Origin: Eubacteriales bacterium | GTDB lineage: Bacteria > Bacillota > Clostridia > Oscillospirales > CAG-382 | Assembly: GCA_045657425.1 (NCBI GenBank) | Contig: JAZOTA010000036.1 | Coordinates: 1,437 to 65,436, forward strand | Length of the DNA: 64,000 nt | Reading direction: 5' to 3' | Shown: piece after piece, positions 38,854-49,386 of the stretch | Layout: the number at the start of each line of letters is the position of its first letter | Numbering within the stretch: the stretch's first letter is position 1 | Program-made: the position numbers and the translations under genes | The notes under the pieces: generated by a model | Databases searched by the model: none | What the model was told of the DNA's origin: nothing | The model's input: the letters and a program-made list of their open reading frames with translations, nothing else

Positions 38854-39204
38854 TTAAAACATACCGGGCATATTGGGGATGCCACCGGTGATTTTAGCCA
38901 TTTCTTCGGAGTTGGTGTCTTCAACACGCTTGATGGCTTCATTAACTGCGGCTACAAGAATATCTTCAAGAGTTTCGATATCATCGGGATCAACAATATC
39001 GGGAGAAATGGATATGGAAAGAATTTCCTTTTTACCGTTGATATTAACGTTAACAACACCGCCGCCTGCGCTGATTTCATATTCACGCTCTTCAAGCTCT
39101 GCTTGCTTCGCAGCCATATCCTCTTGCATTTTTTGAGCTTGACGCATAAGCGAGTTCATATCCTGCGGTCCGCCGCCCATTCCTTTGGGAAGTCTTACTT
39201 TCAT
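38854..39204 (-). CDS. YbaB/EbfC nucleoid-associated protein
   Basis: MRQAQKMQ, AGGGVV, DPDDIETLEDILVAAVNEA; lies between dnaX and recR. Confidence 0.95.
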   Translation of the reverse strand: MKVRLPKGMGGGPQDMNSLMRQAQKMQEDMAAKQAELEEREYEISAGGGVVNVNINGKKEILSISISPDIVDPDDIETLEDILVAAVNEAIKRVEDTNSEEMAKITGGIPNMPGMF

Positions 39205-39236
39205 TTTAATTCTCCTTTGATAAGGTATTTTTCTTT

Positions 39237-40760
39237 TTAAAGTTCATTGATAAAAGAAACTTGGTCAGTGTTTTCTTTTGCGTTGTTAGCTTCTTCAAAT
39301 GCAATTTCAACCCTACGTCCGAGCACGGAAGCAAACGCATTGGAAAGATTTTCAACACCCTCGATCTGAATCATATCAAGTGCGAATTTTAGACCTGAAA
39401 TGATAATTTTATCGCCCTCTGAATAAACCTTTGTTTGTGTTAAAAAAGATAACTGCGAGGGGTTATTGGAAAGAAAATCATAAACGTCAGAAATGTTAGC
39501 AAACTCACTGCGTTCGACTGATTCATTTGAAACTTCGATTGTGTTTTCGGTAACCGGTGTAGAAGCTTTTTTGATTTCTTCGGTAGCAGTGGTATTTTGG
39601 GGAACTATTCCCGTTGCAGCGAGAACCGAAAGCTTCTTTTCAAGCTCGGAAACGCGTGCAGCCAACGCCTTCGGTGAGTCGGAAAGCGATTTGTCGCACA
39701 TTCTGATTATCGCCATTTCAAGCACTGTGCGCTTGTTCATTGCATACTTGGTAATGCGGCTTTGCGTTTCTTCGAGCACCGAGCTTATATAAAACAACTG
39801 CTCAATTGTGAATTCTTCGGTGATATATGAATAATCTTTTTTAATTCTGGTGTTTTTACCGAATTTAGTTAACTGTTTATCGATGATTAAATCACGAACC
39901 GTAAGCGAAAGGTCATCAATAAAAACCGATATATCCTTTGAAGAACGATGTATTTGAGAAACAACGTCAATAGCAGACGGCACGTTCTTTTCGGCAATTG
40001 CATGCAGAAGTCCGAATATCATATCATCGCCCGCAAGTCCCAAAACGTTACGAACGGTTTGCTGAGTAAGGATATCAACGTTTCCGTTTGCACACGCTTC
40101 AAGCAAAGATAAAGCATCGCGCATAGAACCGTCGGCAAGCTTTGCAAGAAGGGAAGATACGCCCTCGTCAAGCCGTATATTTTCCTGTTCGGCTACGTAT
40201 TCAAGACGCGCTTTTACGGCTTCTTCATCAATACGCGAAAAGTCGAAACGGATACATCTTGAAATAATCGTCGGCGGAAGCTCGTTCAATTCTGTTGTAG
40301 CAAGAATGAATACGATATATTCGGGCGGTTCCTCAAGTGTTTTTAGCAATGCGTTAAAAGCACTGTCGGTAAGCATATGAACCTCGTCGATAATATAAAC
40401 GCGCTTTTTCAGTACAGACGGGGGATAGACGACCTCGTCACGAAGATCGCGTATATTGTCAACACGGTTATTACTTGCCGCGTCTATTTCAAGTACGTCG
40501 GTTGCACTGCCGGAATCAATAGAGCGACATGCAGAGCATTCGTTACACGGATTGCCGTTTTTGGAATTTTCGCAGTTTACTGCTTTTGCAAGGATTTTTG
40601 CAGACGAGGTTTTTCCGGTACCGCGAGTGCCGCAGAAAAGATATGCATGTGAAACTCTGTTATTTTCACATTGCTTTTTAAGAATGGCAGTTATATGTTC
40701 CTGACCGCTGATTTCATCAAAAACCCTCGGCCGCCATTTTCTATACAGCGACAAATACAT
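39237..40760 (-). CDS. dnaX: DNA polymerase III subunit gamma/tau
   Basis: LYRKWRP, GTRGTGKTS, EIDAASN, IIDEVHML, AFNALLKTLEEPP, SRC. Confidence 0.97.
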   Translation of the reverse strand: MYLSLYRKWRPRVFDEISGQEHITAILKKQCENNRVSHAYLFCGTRGTGKTSSAKILAKAVNCENSKNGNPCNECSACRSIDSGSATDVLEIDAASNNRVDNIRDLRDEVVYPPSVLKKRVYIIDEVHMLTDSAFNALLKTLEEPPEYIVFILATTELNELPPTIISRCIRFDFSRIDEEAVKARLEYVAEQENIRLDEGVSSLLAKLADGSMRDALSLLEACANGNVDILTQQTVRNVLGLAGDDMIFGLLHAIAEKNVPSAIDVVSQIHRSSKDISVFIDDLSLTVRDLIIDKQLTKFGKNTRIKKDYSYITEEFTIEQLFYISSVLEETQSRITKYAMNKRTVLEMAIIRMCDKSLSDSPKALAARVSELEKKLSVLAATGIVPQNTTATEEIKKASTPVTENTIEVSNESVERSEFANISDVYDFLSNNPSQLSFLTQTKVYSEGDKIIISGLKFALDMIQIEGVENLSNAFASVLGRRVEIAFEEANNAKENTDQVSFINEL

Positions 40761-40800
40761 CGAAAATACCTCGTATAATTAATTAATGAGATACAAAATA

Positions 40801-41068
40801 TGACCATACACCAATGTCGAACACTGCTTCCGCCCGGAAACCGAAAGTTCCTCTCAAGACAGGCACCCTTGCGGCACATCCGTAGATCTGCTTAATGCTG
40901 CTTGGTTCCCCACCTGACATAATTCACAGGTACGAATTGCGCAAGGACCCGCCTCTCAACAAGGCGCTTTCGGTGCAACGACACAAACAGAGCCCTTGAA
41001 AGGCATTCACCCCCACTATAGCGGATTGTGGGTACAAGGCACCGCTAACTCCCCGGTTAGTATGGCCA
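40801..41068 (-). ncRNA. ffs: Signal recognition particle RNA, large (Bacillus scRNA-type)
   Basis: Minus strand GGGGAGTTAGCGGTGCCTTGTACCCACAATCCGCT (Alu-like domain) and TGTCAGGTGGGGAACCAAGCAGCA (helix 8); ends GGCCATAC/GTATGGTC pair; canonical position upstream of dnaX. Confidence 0.92.
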
Positions 41069-41090
41069 TATTTCATATCTCATTCGCGTT

Positions 41091-41119
41091 ATTATACCAT
41101 ATAAGAATACCATTTTCAA
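41091..41119 (-). promoter_or_regulatory. Sigma-A promoter of SRP RNA/dnaX
   Basis: Minus strand TTGAAA-17 nt-TATAAT with TGG extension. Confidence 0.7.
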
Positions 41120-41151
41120 GTGCTTTTTTAATATTGTTATAATGTTTTTAA

Positions 41152-41180
41152 TTGACATTTATATATTAATGGAGTATAAT
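41152..41180 (+). promoter_or_regulatory. Consensus sigma-A promoter of the hprK-containing operon
   Basis: TTGACA-17 nt-TATAAT. Confidence 0.72.
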
Positions 41181-41204
41181 GAATTGTTAAAGGAGGAGTC
41201 GATT

Positions 41205-41969
41205 ATGGACAAGTCTGTATTTAAGATTTTTTTCTCAAAAGAAAAAGAAAACAAGTGGCTCAATGAGATGGGAAAAGAAGGTTATCTTCTTGATTCTGTC
41301 AGAGATTCAAATTATAAATTTATCAAACGGGAAGATGAGTTTTTCTTTTACTCAATAGAAAACTTAGGTTGTTCGCCAAAATCAGATGAAGCGGTTGAAT
41401 ATTTCAAATCTCGCGAATCTATGGGCGTCACTCCTATTCTCGCATCGGGCAATTGGGTGTATTTTGTTTCAAATAAATCTGAAATTGAATGCACTGAGGA
41501 TATTTGCAAAAAGAATGCCGCAGTTTATTTTTGGCGAACTCTTTATTTGCTATTTTTCGCAATTTGCGGTGCGATTTTATGCGGATACCACATTTTTATG
41601 GCCGGATATTTGCATACAATTGAACAAGCAGGTAACGGTCAGATCCAGATGCTTTCCACAGACGGCAAAATTGCTCTGTTAAACGTGATTAAGACCGGCT
41701 TTAATTATGTTTTGAAAGCAATTAATGCGTATTTCAGAATTTGGACAGACATTTTCGGTGAAAACGATGCTGTTGCAGTTGTTGCGGCAGTTATTCCTAT
41801 AGTTATTATTTTGCTTATAATTGCAACCTTCAATTTGGATTCATATATCGGCTTTTATAAGCAACGCAAAGCTTTACAAAATACAGTAATCGAATTCGCC
41901 ACCGAAACAGAAGCTAAATTCGAAAACGAAAACTCTGCCGAGACGGAGGTAGTTGATGATGCAAAGTAA
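41205..41969 (+). CDS. DUF2812-like membrane protein
   Basis: KENKWLNEMGKEGYLL...YKF, later WVYF, then TM helices; ATG behind AGGAGG. Confidence 0.65.
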   Translation: MDKSVFKIFFSKEKENKWLNEMGKEGYLLDSVRDSNYKFIKREDEFFFYSIENLGCSPKSDEAVEYFKSRESMGVTPILASGNWVYFVSNKSEIECTEDICKKNAAVYFWRTLYLLFFAICGAILCGYHIFMAGYLHTIEQAGNGQIQMLSTDGKIALLNVIKTGFNYVLKAINAYFRIWTDIFGENDAVAVVAAVIPIVIILLIIATFNLDSYIGFYKQRKALQNTVIEFATETEAKFENENSAETEVVDDAK

Positions 41970-42897
41970 GAAATACAGCATAAAGCTTTCGGAAATTGTT
42001 GAAAAATATAAGCTTCAAAAAGTATACATTCCAGATAATTTTGAAGATATATTAGTCTACCGTTCGGATTTAAGCCGTCCCGGTCTTCCTTTTACCGGAT
42101 TTTATGAGGATTTTGAAAGTGAACGTTTGCAGTTGATCGGAAATATGGAGCATAGCTATCTTGCTTCCTTAACTTCCGAGCAAAGAAGAGCTTCGCTTAA
42201 TAAGTTTTTTTCGTATGACATTAAGGCACTTATTGTTACTTCGTCGCTTGAAATTTTTCCCGAATTATTGGAAGAAGCACAAGCAAGCAACACACCTTTG
42301 CTGACAACCGATTCGCTCACTTCAGACTTTATGGCTGCGGCAACCTCGGGACTTCACGTTTCTCTTGCCGAAAGAATTACTCAGCACGGCGTACTTGTTG
42401 AAGTCTATGGAGAAGGTGTTTTAATCCTTGGTGACAGCGGTATCGGTAAGAGTGAAACGGCAATTGAATTGGTGAAACGCGGTCACCGTCTTATTGCCGA
42501 TGATGCCGTTGAGATTAAAAAGGTTTCTGCAATTACACTCGTTGGTAGTGCACCTAATCTTATTAAGCACTATGTTGAGCTTCGCGGTATCGGTATTGTT
42601 GACGTAAGACGTATTTTCGGTATGGGCTCTGTTAAGGAATCCGAAAAGATCGACCTTATAATCAATTTTGAAAACTGGGTACAAGGTAAGATGTATGACC
42701 GTTTCGGTCTTGATTCTGAATTTACAGAGATTCTCGGAATTAACATTCCATCTATTACTGTTCCCGTAAAGCCCGGTCGAAATCTTGCAGTTATTATCGA
42801 AATTGCGGCGATGAACCACAGACAAAAGAAAATGGGCTTCAACACCGCGGCTGAATTTGAGGAAAGATTGAAACAGCAAGCGGGAATTTTTGATTAA
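41956..42897 (+). CDS. hprK: HPr kinase/phosphorylase
   Basis: RPGL, HGVLVEVYGEGVLILGDSGIGKSE, ADD, ELRGIGI, PGRNLA. Confidence 0.97.
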   Translation: MMQSKKYSIKLSEIVEKYKLQKVYIPDNFEDILVYRSDLSRPGLPFTGFYEDFESERLQLIGNMEHSYLASLTSEQRRASLNKFFSYDIKALIVTSSLEIFPELLEEAQASNTPLLTTDSLTSDFMAAATSGLHVSLAERITQHGVLVEVYGEGVLILGDSGIGKSETAIELVKRGHRLIADDAVEIKKVSAITLVGSAPNLIKHYVELRGIGIVDVRRIFGMGSVKESEKIDLIINFENWVQGKMYDRFGLDSEFTEILGINIPSITVPVKPGRNLAVIIEIAAMNHRQKKMGFNTAAEFEERLKQQAGIFD

Positions 42898-42916
42898 TTA
42901 AATTTGGAGGATAAAT

Positions 42917-43867
42917 ATGTATTATCTCGGTATTGATTTAGGCGGTATGTCAATAAAGGCCGGTATTTGTGATGATAACGGCAAAATTTTGTTTTCAGAT
43001 ACTTGTGTAACAGTGCGAAACGAAGACGGCGACCGTATTATGAATGATATGGCAAATCTTTGCCTTAAGGTTATTAAAGACGCGGGCTTGACCGTTGAAG
43101 ATATCGAATACGCAGGCATCGCATCACCCGGTAGCGCCGATAGTGAAAAGGGCGTAATCATTTATGCGGCAACTTTGCCTTTCCTTAATTATCCCATTGC
43201 AAGCAAGCTTTCCGAAAAAACCGGTATTAAGAAGATATATATCGATAACGACGCAAATGCGGCGGCTAAGGGCGAAGCAATCTATGGCGCGGCAAAGGGT
43301 TATAAGGACTCTTTGTTTATAACCATTGGCACAGGCGTCGGCGGCGGTATTATTATCGACGGCAAGGTTTATTCGGGCTTTAATTTCTCGGGCGCAGAGC
43401 TTGGACATATAGTTATAGTTAAAGACGGCTTGGAATGTCCTTGCGGCAGAAAGGGCTGTCTTGAAAGCTATGCATCTGCAACAGCGCTCATAAGACAAAC
43501 AAAAGAAAAGATGGAAACCAACAAGGACAGTGCTCTTTGGAAGGTTTGCGACGGAGATATTGAAAAGGTCAACGGCAAAACCGTATTCGACGCAATGCTT
43601 TTGGGCGATGAAACAGCTAAAGAGGTTTATAAGGAATATATCGAATACGTTGCTTGCGGTATAACGAACTTTATAAATATTTTCCAACCCGAGGTTTTAA
43701 GCATCGGCGGCGGTATTTCAAAGCAGGGCGATATTCTTATTAATCCTATCAAGGAAATCGTTGAACGCGAGCAATATTCTCGTTTCAGCGATAAAAAAAC
43801 TATTATTAAGGTTGCAGAATTGCAAAATGATGCAGGCATCATAGGTGCGGCATCGCTCGGCAAATAA
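42917..43867 (+). CDS. ROK-family sugar kinase (glucokinase-like)
   Basis: GIDLGG, NDANAAA, GTGVGGG, ELGH, CPCGRKGCLE, NDAGIIGAA. Confidence 0.93.
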   Translation: MYYLGIDLGGMSIKAGICDDNGKILFSDTCVTVRNEDGDRIMNDMANLCLKVIKDAGLTVEDIEYAGIASPGSADSEKGVIIYAATLPFLNYPIASKLSEKTGIKKIYIDNDANAAAKGEAIYGAAKGYKDSLFITIGTGVGGGIIIDGKVYSGFNFSGAELGHIVIVKDGLECPCGRKGCLESYASATALIRQTKEKMETNKDSALWKVCDGDIEKVNGKTVFDAMLLGDETAKEVYKEYIEYVACGITNFINIFQPEVLSIGGGISKQGDILINPIKEIVEREQYSRFSDKKTIIKVAELQNDAGIIGAASLGK

Positions 43868-43877
43868 CGGAGATATA

Positions 43878-46208
43878 ATGGCATATATTTTAGAAACCGA
43901 CACCCAAGTTTTAAATACAATTGCATTAAGAGGTATTGTTGTTTTTCCGGGAACTACAACCAGCTTTGAAATTGGCAGAAAAACCTCGATTAATGCACTT
44001 AAAAATGCAGAAGCGCTTGATGAACCCTTGTTTCTTGTTTCGCAACACGATGCATCTGTAATAGCACCTACGGCGGGTGACCTTATGCGCGTGGGTGTTG
44101 TTGCGCGTGTTATTCATTCTGCGCGTCTTAACGACGGAAGTATTCAGGTCGTTGTTGAGGGCATTCGTCGCGCTGACCGCGGTGAAACGCACGTTGATGA
44201 CGAATGCATAACCTGCGAAGTAATTTGCGATAAGCCGAGACGAACATCGTCTTTTGCACAGGAACGCATTGCTACAAAAGAATTGTTCAAGGTTTTTGAA
44301 GAGTATCTAAATTACGTTTCAAAGCCCACCGATGAAATTATCGAAGAGGTCAACAAGTTGCATGATTCCTCGCAAATTGTCGACTTTTTGGCAAGTAATT
44401 TCGTTGTAAATATCGATGAGCGAAAAGATCTTCTTGAAGAATACGATACAACAAAGCGTATTAAACGTCTTTGTGAAATTTTTAAGAAAGATATTGAAAT
44501 TTTTAATCTCGACAGCGATATTCAACAAAAGGTTAAATATAATCTTACAAAGCAGCAACGCGATATGTATTTGCGCGAGCAAATGCGCGCTATTAAAAGC
44601 GAGCTTGGAGAAGACGCGCATTCCGACGATTTGGAAGACGGCGATGAGTATTATTCTAAAATCAAGGATGCAAAGCTTCCTGAAGATATTGAAGAAAAGC
44701 TTCTTTCGGAAAACGCAAAGCTTGCAAAAATGCCTTTTGGCACACCCGAGGCGACTGTTATAAGAAACTACATCGAAACCTGCCTGGAGCTTCCTTGGGG
44801 CAAAAAGAGCAAGGATAGAGTTGATATAACAGAAGCTAAAAAGATTCTTGATAAAGAGCACGACGGTATTGAAAAGGTTAAGGAAAGAATACTTGAATTC
44901 CTTTCGGTAAAACAATTAAAGCCCGATCTTAAAGGACAGATTCTGTGCTTCGTTGGCCCTCCCGGTGTTGGTAAAACATCGGTCGCAAAGTCTATTGCAA
45001 ATGCCACTAACCGAGAATTTGTAAGAATCTCACTTGGCGGCATTCGTGACGAAGCAGAAATTCGCGGTCACAGAAGAACTTATATAGGTTCAATGCCCGG
45101 TAGAATTATTAATGCTCTCAAGCTTGCGGGTACATCGAACCCTGTTATGCTTTTTGATGAACTCGATAAGCTTACAAAGGATTCTCACGGCGATCCTACA
45201 AGTGCTATGCTTGAGGTTTTGGACTCTGAACAGAACAATTCGTTCCGTGATAATTTCCTTGAAATTCCCGTTGATCTTTCGGAATGCCTTTTCATTGCAA
45301 CGGCTAATACTACCGAAACTATTCCTGCGCCGTTGCTTGACCGACTTGAAGTGATTCAAATGGATAGTTATTCGGATAAGGAAAAGCTTGCAATTGCAAA
45401 GAATCATCTTATCCCGAAGCAATTAAAGCTCCACGGACTTAAGCAGTCTGTTTGCAAAATTAAGGATGACGCGATCAAGCTTCTTATCACGTCCTACACG
45501 CGCGAAAACGGCGTCAGAGGTTTGGAACGTGAGATCGCATCGGTATGTCGTAAGAGTGCGAAACGCATTGTTGAGGGCGACACGAAGGTCATAGTGGGTG
45601 TAAAAGAAGTTAAAGCTATGCTCGGTTCACCGAAATTCACTCCCGATAAAATTTACGATAACGATGAAGTCGGTATCGTAAACGGTCTTGCTTGGACTTA
45701 TCTTGGCGGTGATATGCTTCGAATTGAATGCAGTTCGATGAAGGGTAACGGCAAGCTTGAGCTTACAGGTCATCTCGGCGACGTTATGAAGGAAAGCGCA
45801 AAAGCGGCGGTCAGCTATATTCGCAAGCATTGCGACGAATTAGGTGTTGCCGAAGATTTCTATTCAACGCGTGACATACATATCCACGTTCCCGAGGGAG
45901 CAATTCCCAAGGACGGTCCGTCGGCAGGTATCACAATTGCCACTGCTTTGGTAAGCGAGCTTACCGGTAGAAGCGTTAAGCAAGAGGTTTGCATGACCGG
46001 CGAAATAACGCTTACGGGCAGAGTATTGGCTATCGGCGGCCTGAAGGAAAAATCGATGGCTGCTTTTAAAGCAAATGCTAAAAAGGTTATTATTCCTTAC
46101 GAGAATTTATCCGATATTGAAAATTTTGATGAGGAGGTTAAAAACGCACTTGAATTTATTCCGGTTAAGCATATATCCGAGGTACTTTCTTATGCGTTGA
46201 ATCCTTGA
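43878..46208 (+). CDS. lon: ATP-dependent protease La
   Basis: GPPGVGKTS, RGHRRTYIG, DELDK, PKDGPSAG, IGGLKEK; ATG 43878 behind GGAG. Confidence 0.97.
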   Translation: MAYILETDTQVLNTIALRGIVVFPGTTTSFEIGRKTSINALKNAEALDEPLFLVSQHDASVIAPTAGDLMRVGVVARVIHSARLNDGSIQVVVEGIRRADRGETHVDDECITCEVICDKPRRTSSFAQERIATKELFKVFEEYLNYVSKPTDEIIEEVNKLHDSSQIVDFLASNFVVNIDERKDLLEEYDTTKRIKRLCEIFKKDIEIFNLDSDIQQKVKYNLTKQQRDMYLREQMRAIKSELGEDAHSDDLEDGDEYYSKIKDAKLPEDIEEKLLSENAKLAKMPFGTPEATVIRNYIETCLELPWGKKSKDRVDITEAKKILDKEHDGIEKVKERILEFLSVKQLKPDLKGQILCFVGPPGVGKTSVAKSIANATNREFVRISLGGIRDEAEIRGHRRTYIGSMPGRIINALKLAGTSNPVMLFDELDKLTKDSHGDPTSAMLEVLDSEQNNSFRDNFLEIPVDLSECLFIATANTTETIPAPLLDRLEVIQMDSYSDKEKLAIAKNHLIPKQLKLHGLKQSVCKIKDDAIKLLITSYTRENGVRGLEREIASVCRKSAKRIVEGDTKVIVGVKEVKAMLGSPKFTPDKIYDNDEVGIVNGLAWTYLGGDMLRIECSSMKGNGKLELTGHLGDVMKESAKAAVSYIRKHCDELGVAEDFYSTRDIHIHVPEGAIPKDGPSAGITIATALVSELTGRSVKQEVCMTGEITLTGRVLAIGGLKEKSMAAFKANAKKVIIPYENLSDIENFDEEVKNALEFIPVKHISEVLSYALNP

Positions 46209-46210
46209 TC

Positions 46211-46837
46211 ATGGAAATGTCATTTGGAGGAGTTAATCTCCATAAAACCGATTTGAAAATGACGGCAGGATTGCCTTGGCAGCTTATAAAGGGCGGTGTG
46301 CCTCAGGTTGCCTTTGTTGGCAGATCAAACGTAGGTAAAAGCTCTCTTATAAATTCGCTTTTGGGCAGAAAAAAGCTCGCACGCGTTTCTTCGGAGCCCG
46401 GCAAAACAATAACCGTTAACTATTATGAGGTTGATAAAAAACTGTGTCTTGTCGACCTTCCCGGTTACGGCTTTGCAAGACGTGCAAAAAGCGATATTGG
46501 CAAATGGTCGTCGCTTACCGAAAACTATTTTGTAGATAATACTGCGTTGACTTATGTTTTACAGCTTATCGATATTCGCGTTGGAATTACCGAGGATGAT
46601 AAAATGATGCTCGGTTATCTCGACCATTACGACGTCCCTTATATGGTAGTCGCAACAAAATGCGATAAGCTTAACAAAACCCAGCTTAACGAAGCGTGCG
46701 CAAAGCTTCTTTCGGCGGGAGTTTTGCGCAGTAATACCGAAGTGATCTTGTACTCTTCATTGAAGGGCACGGGCAGAGATTTGCTTTGGTCGAAAATTAT
46801 AGAAAAATCACTCGGAGGAGCAGATGATTCACAGTAA
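46211..46837 (+). CDS. engB: Ribosome biogenesis GTPase YsxC/EngB
   Basis: GRSNVGKSS, PGKT, DLPGYG, TKCDK; follows lon; start uncertain. Confidence 0.95.
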   Translation: MEMSFGGVNLHKTDLKMTAGLPWQLIKGGVPQVAFVGRSNVGKSSLINSLLGRKKLARVSSEPGKTITVNYYEVDKKLCLVDLPGYGFARRAKSDIGKWSSLTENYFVDNTALTYVLQLIDIRVGITEDDKMMLGYLDHYDVPYMVVATKCDKLNKTQLNEACAKLLSAGVLRSNTEVILYSSLKGTGRDLLWSKIIEKSLGGADDSQ

Positions 46838-48119
46838 TATAACGCTTTTGGAAAACGGTCATATCGCATTTTCAAAGGCAGACGTAGTCGATCTTGCTAA
46901 AGAATACGGTACTCCATTATATCTTATTGACGAAAAGCGCATTCGCGAAAACTGTACAAAATACAGAAATACCGTTATTAAGTATTTTGGCAACGAGAGC
47001 ATACCTTTGTATGCAAGTAAAGCTCTTTGCTGTAAGGAAATATACCGAATTGTTTCGCAAGAGGGACTCGGAACCGACGTCGTTTCGGGCGGTGAGCTTT
47101 ATACCGCATTGAGCGTCGGATTTCCTGCCGAAAAGATTTATTTCCACGGAAATAATAAAACGGATGAAGAAATTATCTATGCATTAAATAGCAATATCGG
47201 CGCATTCGTTATAGATAATTTTGATGAGCTTGAATTTGTAAATGAGCAAGCCGGAAAGTTAAATAAGGTTCAAAATATCTTGTTAAGACTTTCTCCCGGT
47301 ATTGATCCGCATACTCACAGGGCGGTTGTTACGGGCAACGTTGATTCAAAATTCGGTGTTGCCATCGAAACGGGGCAGGCAATCAAGTTCGTTGAAAAAG
47401 CGCTTCAATGTGAAAATGTCAATTTAGAGGGTATTCACTGTCACATCGGAAGCCAGATTTTTGATAAATTCCCGTTTACCGATGCGGCGGCAATAATGCT
47501 CGATTTTGCTCTTGAAGTCAAAAATAAGCTTGGTTTTTCATTTAAAAAAATCAACCTCGGTGGCGGTATCGGTGTGAGATACGTTGAAGATGATCCTGTT
47601 ATGGACATCGACGACATTATGGGCGAAATAAAAAACGAGTTGGATAAACTCGTTTTTGAAAGAGGCATTGAAAAGCCGATATTCTTATTTGAAATGGGAC
47701 GCTTTATCTGTGCAGATGCAGGTATGACACTTTACACTGTCGGCTCTGTCAAAGAAATCGAGGGTTACAAAAAATACGTTTGCATCGATGGTGGTATGCC
47801 CGATAATCCGCGATATGCCCTTTACGGTTCTAAATATACCGCATACAATGCTTCGCACGGTGATAGAGAATTCAACACAGTTGCGTCTATTGCCGGACGT
47901 TGTTGCGAAAGCGGCGATTTAATCGGCGAGGATATGAAGCTCCAAGAATTTGAGCGCGGCGATATTATGGCAGTTGCTGTAACCGGCGCATATAATTATT
48001 CGATGTCATCGAATTACAACAGAATTCCGAAGCCGGCGATGGTTTCGGTAAATGAAGGCGCATCTAAGCTTATTATTAGACGCCAAAATTACGAAGATAT
48101 ACTTAAAAACGAAATTTAA
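46824..48119 (+). CDS. lysA: Diaminopimelate decarboxylase
   Basis: YGTPLY, YASKA, HGNNK, SKFG, HCHIGSQI, NLGGG, CESGD, GAY. Confidence 0.95.
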   Translation: MIHSNITLLENGHIAFSKADVVDLAKEYGTPLYLIDEKRIRENCTKYRNTVIKYFGNESIPLYASKALCCKEIYRIVSQEGLGTDVVSGGELYTALSVGFPAEKIYFHGNNKTDEEIIYALNSNIGAFVIDNFDELEFVNEQAGKLNKVQNILLRLSPGIDPHTHRAVVTGNVDSKFGVAIETGQAIKFVEKALQCENVNLEGIHCHIGSQIFDKFPFTDAAAIMLDFALEVKNKLGFSFKKINLGGGIGVRYVEDDPVMDIDDIMGEIKNELDKLVFERGIEKPIFLFEMGRFICADAGMTLYTVGSVKEIEGYKKYVCIDGGMPDNPRYALYGSKYTAYNASHGDREFNTVASIAGRCCESGDLIGEDMKLQEFERGDIMAVAVTGAYNYSMSSNYNRIPKPAMVSVNEGASKLIIRRQNYEDILKNEI

Positions 48120-49063
48120 AACAGTGATAAAAAGCGTGGCTTTTTTGCGGTTACGGTCATACCGTCCAAGTAACCCAAAAGCGCGCTTTTTTTGCATCCC
48201 TTAAAGGTTAAGGAATAAGCACAAAGGGCCTGTGATTTGTAACCCATTTCACGGTCTTTTTTGTTTACGGCATATTTTCCGTCACCAAGCAACGGGTGAC
48301 CGATATGAGCAAAGCTAACTCTGATTTGATGTGTTCTGCCGGTAATCAATTCAACTTCGACCAAAGAAAAACGCTTGTCCGAGGATACGGCAATGGATTT
48401 ATAAGCGGTAACTGCTGTTTTTGAATTCTTGGTATAGTGATCCCTAACCTTAACTATGTTGTCTTTCGATTCCTTTTCAAGCAACAACTTGATCTCGCCA
48501 TTCTTAGGCGTTAAAACGCCGTGTACGGCAGCGAGATAGATTTTCTTGATAAGGCGCTCCTTGATAATGTCGTTCATTTCGCGTAGCGCCTGGGCGTTTT
48601 TGGCGGCAATAACAAGTCCTTCGGTGTTTCTGTCAATTCTGTTGCATAGGGCAGGGGCAAAGCTGTTTTCGGCTTTGGGAACGAATTCACCTTTGTTTAT
48701 TAAATATGCAGTTATTCTGTCAATTAAAGTGTCGCCGTCTTCATTTGTATCGGAATGAACGAGCAATCCCGACTCTTTATCAACTATGAGTATATTTTCA
48801 TCTTCATAAACAACGTTGATATCCGCTTTGGCAATAGCGCGTTTGGGTGCCTTTTCATCAAGCACATCATCGGGAGCAAAGATACGGATAAGGTCGTTTT
48901 CACAGACAATATAATTCTCTTTTGTGCGACTTTTGTTAACGGTGATATCTTTTTTTCGTATCAACTTGTACATCATCGAAAACGGAAGATTCTTAAATTT
49001 TTTAGAAAGGAATTTATCCAAACGCTGACCCGCATCGTTTTTTCCTGCAACTATTTCTTTCAT
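48116..49063 (-). CDS. RluA/RluC-family pseudouridine synthase with S4 domain
   Basis: GQRLDKFL, NRIDRNTEG, TGRTHQIR, HPLLGDGKY. Confidence 0.93.
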   Translation of the reverse strand: MKEIVAGKNDAGQRLDKFLSKKFKNLPFSMMYKLIRKKDITVNKSRTKENYIVCENDLIRIFAPDDVLDEKAPKRAIAKADINVVYEDENILIVDKESGLLVHSDTNEDGDTLIDRITAYLINKGEFVPKAENSFAPALCNRIDRNTEGLVIAAKNAQALREMNDIIKERLIKKIYLAAVHGVLTPKNGEIKLLLEKESKDNIVKVRDHYTKNSKTAVTAYKSIAVSSDKRFSLVEVELITGRTHQIRVSFAHIGHPLLGDGKYAVNKKDREMGYKSQALCAYSLTFKGCKKSALLGYLDGMTVTAKKPRFLSLF

Positions 49064-49386
49064 AAAAACACCTCTGTTTCAAGCGTGTGTTAAAATACAC
49101 AAAACAGTTAATTAAACAGTATCGCAAAAGCGAAATACTCTTCTTCGTATTATAACATTAATAAAATAAAAATACAACAACAAATTTAATATAAAACAAG
49201 ATATTGATAACATCGAGGCTCAACAACACAACATACAGAGTCGGTTGCCTCGGTATACATAATGTGGTTTACATAATTATATGTCATAATTTACAATTTG
49301 AATAATCTTTTGCAAAACCCCTTGAAATTGTTAATATTTTGTATTATTATATCATATAGCATCATTCAATTTCAGAGGTACATAAT

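Noticed and set aside
40691..40879. 62-aa minus-strand ORF upstream of dnaX
   Set aside because: Overlaps the SRP RNA and the dnaX start in another frame; no coding evidence.
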